Notes under the pieces: model-generated
Seen by the model: only the letters and a program-made list of their open reading frames with translations
Database searches by the model: none
What the model was told of the DNA's origin: nothing
Shown: piece after piece, positions 1 through 5,051 of the stretch
Numbering within the stretch: position 1 is the stretch's first letter
Layout: every line of letters starts with the position of its first letter
Virus record (IMG/VR): IMGVR_UViG_3300045988_148545
Direction: 5' to 3' (one strand)
Length of the DNA stretch: 40,039 nt
Source: a virus
Position numbers and translations under genes: made by a program

Positions 1-99
1 ATGAAAGCTAAGTATCTATTATAATAAAGAAGAAACTAAGTATAAAAGGGGGCTAAAATAGTCCCCTTTATGTTAATGATATAGTTAAACTACGAGTTC
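1..99. repeat. Direct terminal repeat, copy 1 (exact duplicate of 39941..40039); overlap signature of a circular/circularly permuted genome
   Basis: Read directly: nt 1-99 are identical to the last 99 nt. Nt 1-24 (MKAKYLL*) are the 3' end of the endolysin ORF that starts at 39305. Confidence 0.97.
45..69. terminator. Hairpin between convergent endolysin (+) and integrase (-); possible bidirectional terminator
   Basis: AAAGGGGGC-N7-GTCCCCTTT forms a 9-bp stem with one G.T pair, flanked by A/T runs. It lies downstream of both stop codons. A duplicate copy sits at 39985..40009. Confidence 0.5.
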
Positions 100-122
100 G
101 TTGGTGCTTCGACTATATCATT
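75..122. other. Candidate attP for the serine integrase (48-bp imperfect inverted repeat)
   Basis: Perfect 11-bp arms AATGATATAGT (75-85) and ACTATATCATT (112-122). Further symmetric matches occur at pairs 88/109, 89/108, 92/105, 93/104 and 95/102. The symmetry centre lies between 98 and 99 (T98 C99, non-palindromic). The site overlaps the integrase stop codon. Confidence 0.45.
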
Positions 123-1704
123 CGCTAGAATCCCCTTTGTTCTTGGGCAGTTTCGGGAATAGCTCTAGCTTAAAATCATCTTGTCTTTGGTCTTTGAAGT
201 GTCCGTTGGCAGTTTTGGTATACACAACCTTATCCAGAATAGACTTCATTAAGTCATTTTTTAATTGAACATCATCAGAAGTTTTATAGATTTCCAAAAT
301 CTTTTTAGCCTTTGGTATAATCTCTTCCTGATGGCTAATTATTTCTCTCTCATTTGCTATTTCTTTATTAAGCTTAACAATTGCTTTCTCTGTAGAAGAA
401 ATGCTTTCAGAAACAGTTTTTTGTCGGTTCAGAAAAGTATCACTATCATATATTCCGTTTTCATAAGCTTCAAATACTTTTGTTAACTGGTTTTTGTATG
501 TTATTAATTGCTTTTGCTGTTCTTCCAAGAGTTTTGCCTTGGATTCCAAAACAGAAGTGTCATACTTGTTTGCTTCTTCCTTTATTTCGTATCCATCAAT
601 CCATTCCTTAATGGCAGTTAACAAAGCATCTTCAACAAGGTAAAAAGCAGAAGACACATTATGACATGTTTTTTCAGAGCATATTAGTGAAGCGGACTGA
701 CCTCTTTTTTGGTAAGGTCTTCTATACATACTTCTTCCACACATACCACATTTTATTACACCGGCAAGTGGATTGGTTATCGTTTTTGAAGGTCTTCTTG
801 GATTTCTGGATAATCTTTCCTGGGCCAAATTAAATGTGTCCTGAGATACAAGAGCAGGATGCTTTCCTTTGTATAGTCCATAGGATTCGTTACGTGTCCA
901 TTTATCGACGATAATTCCGTTTTCAACAACCTTTTTTCGCTTCTTTTTCCCAAAAACAATATATCCTAAATAATGTTCGTTTCTAAGCATGGTAGATATT
1001 GTTGGAATGGTCCAAACACCACCTAAGGGTTTAATTGAATATTCAGAATTTAACTTGTCTGCAATACGAGCTGTCCCTAAAAGTTCATAACTGCCATCTT
1101 CTTTTAGAATTCCCTTTGTATACCATTGAAAAATCAACTTTACAATTTCTGCTTCTCCCGGCTTAGGTTCCAGCCTATAACCTTTGGATTTTTTGTTCTT
1201 TACAATGGAATATCCAAATGGTGGTGTATGATGTATGTAATTACCTTCCTTGCAACTTGCTTCCATTCCAGCATGCAATCTTCTTTTAATAGTCTTATAT
1301 TCTCTTCTTGACATATACAAGCCAAATTCAAAATATTCCTGATCAAATTCATCTGTGGGATTAAATGTTTTCATCGGGGTAATGATTAAGGTATTGGAAT
1401 AAGTAAACGTCTTGGTAACTATTCCCTGATCAGAAGTATCACCACGGGCAAGACGCTCGATTTCCATAACAAGAACACCCTCCCATTTCCCATCAGATAC
1501 ATCATTGAGTAATCTCTGCATTTGAGGTCTTGCAGCAATGCTATCACCGGAAACAACCTCTTCATAGATTTCACCAATTGGCAAATTTTTCTTTTTTGCT
1601 AATTCAATTAATGTATCTCTATGACGTTTTAATGTTTCTCCAAAACCTTGCAGTTCTAACTCTCTATCAGCTCTGGATTTTCTTAAATAAATACAATAAG
1701 CCAT
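118..1704 (-). CDS. int: Large serine recombinase (phage integrase)
   Basis: 528 aa. N-terminal resolvase-type catalytic domain (YLRKSRAD with catalytic Ser, VMEIERLARGD), recombinase domain, Cys zinc ribbon (CGMCGRS...CSEKTCHN) and C-terminal coiled coil. SD AAAGGAG precedes the ATG. Confidence 0.95.
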   Translation of the reverse strand: MAYCIYLRKSRADRELELQGFGETLKRHRDTLIELAKKKNLPIGEIYEEVVSGDSIAARPQMQRLLNDVSDGKWEGVLVMEIERLARGDTSDQGIVTKTFTYSNTLIITPMKTFNPTDEFDQEYFEFGLYMSRREYKTIKRRLHAGMEASCKEGNYIHHTPPFGYSIVKNKKSKGYRLEPKPGEAEIVKLIFQWYTKGILKEDGSYELLGTARIADKLNSEYSIKPLGGVWTIPTISTMLRNEHYLGYIVFGKKKRKKVVENGIIVDKWTRNESYGLYKGKHPALVSQDTFNLAQERLSRNPRRPSKTITNPLAGVIKCGMCGRSMYRRPYQKRGQSASLICSEKTCHNVSSAFYLVEDALLTAIKEWIDGYEIKEEANKYDTSVLESKAKLLEEQQKQLITYKNQLTKVFEAYENGIYDSDTFLNRQKTVSESISSTEKAIVKLNKEIANEREIISHQEEIIPKAKKILEIYKTSDDVQLKNDLMKSILDKVVYTKTANGHFKDQRQDDFKLELFPKLPKNKGDSSE

Positions 1705-1766
1705 AGTATATCACTCCTTTATATTTGATTTTATTAAAAAATGGGTACAAAAATAACACCCAGCCT

Positions 1767-1795
1767 TTGCCAGATGTTCCATTATGTGATACAAT
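1767..1795 (+). promoter_or_regulatory. Sigma-70-like promoter (TTGCCA-17 nt-TACAAT, with TGn extension) pointing away from int
   Basis: -35 TTGCCA at 1767-1772, 17-nt spacer, TGaTACAAT at 1787-1795. No plus-strand ORF follows, only a terminator-like hairpin at 1828-1856. Confidence 0.4.
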
Positions 1796-1824
1796 ATGAC
1801 TTGTCTAGGGTGATATTGTATCAC
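1786..1824. repeat. 12-bp perfect inverted repeat GTGATACAATAT / ATATTGTATCAC with a 15-bp spacer
   Basis: Read directly in the intergenic gap between the SHOCT gene and int. Each arm contains a TGATACAAT extended -10-like element, one per strand. Confidence 0.9.
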
Positions 1825-1827
1825 TTG

Positions 1828-1856
1828 GAGCTGGTCCTTAGTGGCTGGCTCTTTTT
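1828..1856 (+). terminator. Plus-strand intrinsic-terminator-like hairpin
   Basis: GAGCTGGTC/GGCTGGCTC forms 9 pairs, 3 of them G.U, so it folds well only in plus-strand RNA. It is followed by TTTTT. Confidence 0.4.
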
Positions 1857-1866
1857 ATTTAAAATG

Positions 1867-2607
1867 TTATAGTTCGAGTAATTGTTTTTTCTTTAAATCA
1901 AATTCTGCTTGTGTGATGATTCCATCATCTAGTAAATTTTTGAATTTTCTTAGTTCATCAGCTGACGATAATTGTATATCTTTTTCAGAACTATTCGTTG
2001 ATTCAATCATTAAATCAAATTCAGCCATAATATTTTGAGCATTTGCCTGTGCGGTTTTAAAAATAATGCTATTAGATTTAGTGGAAGTAACAGTCAAAAA
2101 ATTTATAAGAATTTTAGGGAAAAATTCATTTTTTGTAACAACATTCAATGCATATTCCTTAATTTCGGTAACAACTTTTTTCTTCCCAGTAAGACCACCA
2201 ACAACAGCACCAACACCGCCAAAAAGAATCCCACCAGCAACAGCTCTACCAACACCACCTTTAGTTATTGATTCACCATCCTGGATTAACTCATAAGAAA
2301 CAACGTCATTAAAATTAAAAACAATATTTGATGTTCCATACATCCACAATTTGTGATTAGCATCAACTGAAAGCATTTTTTTGAAAGTTTTGGTTGGAGT
2401 AAAAATTTCAAGAAGCTCTTTGTTTTTTTCTGATTTAGATATGGCCATTCTAATTTCATCTGTTTTGTAATTTTTCCAAGACATTGTAATGATATATGGA
2501 TAGCATTTGGAAATACAATCTTTACAAATATAACCATCTGCTAAACTTTTCTTTGATTCATTACAATTACATACAGTACAAGTAGTACGTTTACTAAATA
2601 ATCCCAT
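1867..2607 (-). CDS. Zinc-ribbon / glycine-zipper / SHOCT-domain protein (lysogeny-operon accessory gene, function unknown)
   Basis: 246 aa. N-terminal CxxC...CxxC (CTVCNC...CKDCISKC). Central glycine zipper GGVGRAVAGGILFGGVGAVVGGLTG. C-terminal SHOCT-like motif ELRKFKNLLDDGIITQAEFDLKKKQLL. The start lies 12 nt after the immA-like stop. Confidence 0.8.
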   Translation of the reverse strand: MGLFSKRTTCTVCNCNESKKSLADGYICKDCISKCYPYIITMSWKNYKTDEIRMAISKSEKNKELLEIFTPTKTFKKMLSVDANHKLWMYGTSNIVFNFNDVVSYELIQDGESITKGGVGRAVAGGILFGGVGAVVGGLTGKKKVVTEIKEYALNVVTKNEFFPKILINFLTVTSTKSNSIIFKTAQANAQNIMAEFDLMIESTNSSEKDIQLSSADELRKFKNLLDDGIITQAEFDLKKKQLLEL

Positions 2608-2619
2608 AGAAACCTCCTT

Positions 2620-3096
2620 CTAATCATTTATATTTTTAATCACACCAACTGAATTATATCCAAACTCAATGATGTAATTTTTGTGTTTTATGTAGCAACC
2701 ATATTTATGCATATAAGCATTTATGGTGTCTGTCAGAAACTGCTCTGTTACGTTTAAGAATTCAGCAGTCTCATAAAAATTAGTGCAGTGGTTCTCATAA
2801 GCTGCAATAATGCTGTCTAGATTAATCAATTTCTGATACCCCCAAATCCTTGCTCTATGCTCCTGTTGGCGATTGGATGCAGAACTCATAGTTAATATAT
2901 TTCCATTAGAAGTATGATGATGTCCCATTTCTTCTGCCAAAACACAACGTTTCTGTGTAGAGTTTTCCAAACTATCACTTATACCAACAACACCGTCACA
3001 ATACAACCCTTTGATATTTGGGCTGTCAAAAGAATAATCTACAACTTTTATACCATCCTCGCAGGCTTCTGATTCTAATTGTTCTAACTGGTTCAA
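2620..3096 (-). CDS. ImmA/IrrE-family (DUF955-like) metallopeptidase, putative anti-repressor protease
   Basis: 158 aa, directly downstream of the XRE repressor as in ImmR/ImmA pairs. The motif region is LAEEMGHHH, i.e. EEMGH in place of canonical HExxH. Confidence 0.7.
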   Translation of the reverse strand: MNQLEQLESEACEDGIKVVDYSFDSPNIKGLYCDGVVGISDSLENSTQKRCVLAEEMGHHHTSNGNILTMSSASNRQQEHRARIWGYQKLINLDSIIAAYENHCTNFYETAEFLNVTEQFLTDTINAYMHKYGCYIKHKNYIIEFGYNSVGVIKNIND

Positions 3097-3147
3097 GAAA
3101 TCACCTCCCCACTAGAGTATACTTTTTAAGGTGTCCCATAAAAAGGA

Positions 3148-3465
3148 CTACTTTCTTTTATTCTTTACAAATTCAACGAAGTTTTTAATTTCTTCCATTT
3201 CTGCTTCTGAAAATTCCTCACCCTCAAAGTGTGCTGCAAGAGTGTTGACTTCTGGGAAAGGATTTGATGGTTTTCCCATTAAAAAATTCATATCAACGTT
3301 AAAAAAATCAGCAATAGTTTCTAAGGTTTCAAAATCAGGTTCTCTGTTTCCATTTTCGTACATACTAACAGTACTTTTTGAAATATCTAGCTTTTTAGCC
3401 AATTCCTGTTGAGTTAACCCTTCTCTTTTGCGTAAATATTTTAGCATATCAGAAAAATTATTCAT
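3148..3465 (-). CDS. XRE-family HTH repressor (CI/ImmR-like)
   Basis: I chose internal ATG 3465 (MNNFSDMLKYLRKREGLTQQELAKKLDISKSTVSMYENG...) because AGGAGGTC sits 5 nt upstream. The N-terminal extension in the ORF track is hydrophobic and implausible. Confidence 0.88.
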   Translation of the reverse strand: MNNFSDMLKYLRKREGLTQQELAKKLDISKSTVSMYENGNREPDFETLETIADFFNVDMNFLMGKPSNPFPEVNTLAAHFEGEEFSEAEMEEIKNFVEFVKNKRK

Positions 3466-3496
3466 AAGAAGACCTCCTTTTTTATATCTTAATATA

Positions 3497-3524
3497 AGTA
3501 TACACGAAATGTGAAAAAAAACAA
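3497..3524 (-). promoter_or_regulatory. Possible repressor-maintenance promoter (minus strand TTGTTT-16-TATACT)
   Basis: Reverse complement of 3519-3524 is the -35 element and of 3497-3502 is the -10 element. It overlaps a degenerate operator-like site, ATACACGAAATGTGAAA (3500-3516). Confidence 0.35.
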
Positions 3525-3545
3525 CAAAAAAATCACAAAAAGTGG

Positions 3546-3574
3546 TTGACATAGGTACACAAAACGTGTACAAT
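3546..3574 (+). promoter_or_regulatory. Early (lytic) promoter TTGACA-17 nt-TACAAT
   Basis: Consensus -35 at 3546-3551, exact 17-nt spacer, -10 at 3569-3574. It is divergent from the repressor gene. Confidence 0.65.
3555..3571. promoter_or_regulatory. Operator candidate: perfect palindrome GTACAC-N5-GTGTAC inside the early-promoter spacer
   Basis: Read directly. It occupies the spacer between the -35 and -10 elements. Related half-sites (ACAC-N5-GTG/CGT) occur at 3500-3516, 4077-4093 and 4110-4123. Confidence 0.55.
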
Positions 3575-3612
3575 ATAAGAGTAGCAAGGAGATGCAGGAA
3601 AGGAGAAAAGAA

Positions 3613-3753
3613 ATGGAATACGAAGAAATGAATTTAGCAGAATTATTAAAACAAACGACAGAAGAAAATCAAACAAGAAAAATCTTAGCAATCTTGGAAG
3701 AAAGCGAAGATTTGGAGAAAGCAAAAGAAAAAGTAAAAGCCCTACTTAAATAA
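3613..3753 (+). CDS. Small acidic helical protein (46 aa), first ORF of the early transcript
   Basis: Too short for the ORF track. ATG 3613 is preceded by AAAGGAG at a 7-nt spacing. Sequence: MEYEEMNLAELLKQTTEENQTRKILAILEESEDLEKAKEKVKALLK*. Confidence 0.5.
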   Translation: MEYEEMNLAELLKQTTEENQTRKILAILEESEDLEKAKEKVKALLK

Positions 3754-3764
3754 CTAAGTAGGGC
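3739..3764 (+). promoter_or_regulatory. 10-bp perfect stem hairpin (GCCCTACTTA-aataac-TAAGTAGGGC) enclosing the stop codon of the 46-aa ORF
   Basis: Read directly. No U-tract follows. A second GC-rich stem, GGGCGAC...GTCGCCC, lies at 3787-3821. Both are upstream of the cro-like gene. Confidence 0.4.
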
Positions 3765-3875
3765 GGTAAATAACAAAGACACACAAGGGCGACACTTCTT
3801 AACATTCCTGCTAAGTCGCCCAAGTGATTAAATTAATTATAACATATTATTAAAAAAAGTAAAGGAAGTGATAAA

Positions 3876-4076
3876 GTGAATACAAAAGTTATAGGACAAA
3901 GACTAATAGAACTAAGAGGGGAACGTAAAAGAGAAGAAGTTGCAAACGCAATTGGTGTAAGCAAATCAGCTATTGCAATGTATGAAGCAGGTGAAAGAGT
4001 TCCAAGAGATCCTCTTAAATTAAAAATAGCTAATTACTATAACAAAACAGTAGAAGAAATTTTTTTTGCTGAATAA
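3876..4076 (+). CDS. Cro-like XRE-family HTH regulator
   Basis: 66 aa, GTG start after AGGAAG. HTH segment: REEVANAIGVSKSAIAMYEAGERVP. Confidence 0.85.
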   Translation: MNTKVIGQRLIELRGERKREEVANAIGVSKSAIAMYEAGERVPRDPLKLKIANYYNKTVEEIFFAE

Positions 4077-4094
4077 GTACACGATACGTAAAAT
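4066..4094 (+). promoter_or_regulatory. Possible promoter TTGCTG-17 nt-TAAAAT overlapping the first 14-bp repeat
   Basis: -35 at 4066-4071, 17-nt spacer, -10 at 4089-4094. Confidence 0.35.
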
Positions 4095-4123
4095 ATTATG
4101 GAAAGCAAAACACGATACGTAAA
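4079..4123. repeat. Two exact 14-bp direct repeats ACACGATACGTAAA (4079-4092 and 4110-4123)
   Basis: Read directly. The starts are 31 bp apart. Each copy contains the palindrome TACGTA, and the first is preceded by GT, giving GTACACGATACGT, which resembles the 3555 operator. Confidence 0.9.
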
Positions 4124-4141
4124 GAAAAAGAGGAGAAACAA

Positions 4142-4345
4142 ATGGAAGATAAACAGAAAATATGCGATTTATTAGTACCAGTATTACAGGAAACAAGAGA
4201 TTTTCAGGAATTGGAAAGTTTGAAATACAACAAAGACAACGAAACAGTTGTGGCGACTTTCTGGTACAGAGCAGTGAAAACTGCAAATGTTCATATGGAT
4301 TCAGGAACATCAATGATTAGAGATATCATCGAACAGATTCGTTAA
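4142..4345 (+). CDS. Hypothetical early protein (67 aa)
   Basis: ATG preceded by GAGGAG. No recognisable motif. Confidence 0.7.
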   Translation: MEDKQKICDLLVPVLQETRDFQELESLKYNKDNETVVATFWYRAVKTANVHMDSGTSMIRDIIEQIR

Positions 4346-4419
4346 TTTATCTTATAAAACTGTTGACAAACCTCGTGCCTACAGCACAAGGAAAACCTCG
4401 GTAAAAGTCGTATCATTAT

Positions 4420-4434
4420 GATACCAAAACGAAA
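4420..4434. promoter_or_regulatory. 15-bp perfect palindrome GTATCATTATGATAC upstream of the RHH gene (operator candidate)
   Basis: Read directly. It ends 10 nt upstream of the RHH ATG at 4445, just 5' of the AAAGGAG SD. Confidence 0.5.
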
Positions 4435-4444
4435 GGAGTACAGA

Positions 4445-4561
4445 ATGATACAGACAACAATAAGAATACCAGTGGAGTTACACAAGAGGTTAAAGGAGCT
4501 GGCAAAGAAGAAAGGCTTAACAGTCAATGCCTTGATTGTGCAGGCGCTGTGGAAATTATAG
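4445..4561 (+). CDS. Ribbon-helix-helix (Arc/CopG/MetJ-type) DNA-binding protein, 38 aa
   Basis: Too short for the ORF track. MIQTTIRIPVELHKRLKELAKKKGLTVNALIVQALWKL* shows the beta-strand plus two-helix pattern typical of Arc-like proteins. SD AAAGGAG sits 6 nt upstream. Confidence 0.8.
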   Translation: MIQTTIRIPVELHKRLKELAKKKGLTVNALIVQALWKL

Positions 4562-4572
4562 GAGGATATACA

Positions 4573-4728
4573 ATGACATTAAAATTCAAAAAGCACAGTA
4601 ACGGCTGGAGCATTAAGAGAAAAAAAAGAGGACACGCAGACTACCAACCTTTTATTAGATGGTACAAGAACGAGCGGGCATTAAGAATTTGGTATCACAC
4701 ATTTTATACAAGAGATTTTCAGTTTTAG
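4573..4728 (+). CDS. Small basic protein (51 aa), hypothetical
   Basis: ATG 4573 preceded by GGAGGA. MTLKFKKHSNGWSIKRKKRGHADYQPFIRWYKNERALRIWYHTFYTRDFQF*. It starts 11 nt after the RHH stop. Confidence 0.45.
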   Translation: MTLKFKKHSNGWSIKRKKRGHADYQPFIRWYKNERALRIWYHTFYTRDFQF

Positions 4729-4883
4729 GAGAAACCACAATGGAAGATAAAAAGAAATAAAATATGGGCTGTGCTGGAACGTGATTAATAATTGTAATGG
4801 ATTACTTCATCAAAATGTAAGTAGGAATAGGACAAATTCAAATAAACATATCTTAATTAAAAAGAACAAAAGGAGGTTAGGGG

Positions 4884-5051
4884 ATGGTAGTAGAGGAATT
4901 TAATATCGGAAGAACACAAATCATCATTCATGATGATTGCATAGTGTCTAACGAAAAAGCAGAAGAAATTTTAAAGAGATTAGGGAATACTTTCCATAAT
5001 TATAATCTACGCAAAAGAGAAAGGGGTGATTTAATTGGTGGGAGCAATTAA
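4884..5051 (+). CDS. Hypothetical protein (55 aa)
   Basis: ATG preceded by AAAGGAGG. MVVEEFNIGRTQIIIHDDCIVSNEKAEEILKRLGNTFHNYNLRKRERGDLIGGSN*. Confidence 0.6.
   Translation: MVVEEFNIGRTQIIIHDDCIVSNEKAEEILKRLGNTFHNYNLRKRERGDLIGGSN

Noticed and set aside
265-1311. Plus-strand ORFs 265-486 and 1126-1311, and minus-strand ORF 777-959, inside the integrase gene
   Set aside because: They lie antisense or out of frame within a 528-aa ORF that has clear serine-recombinase motifs. Their translations are low-complexity (Phe/Leu/Ser/Cys-rich) and they have no SD sequences.
3533-3724. Minus-strand 63-aa ORF across the switch region
   Set aside because: It overlaps the consensus early promoter and the plus-strand 46-aa ORF, which has a strong SD. 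The translation is Phe/Leu-rich nonsense.
4363-4391. Consensus TTGACA at 4363-4368 followed by an imperfect hairpin (CCTCGTGC...GCACAAGG)
   Set aside because: No acceptable -10 hexamer lies 16-18 nt downstream (ACAAGG). The hairpin has a mismatch and no U-tract. The evidence is insufficient for either a promoter or a terminator call.
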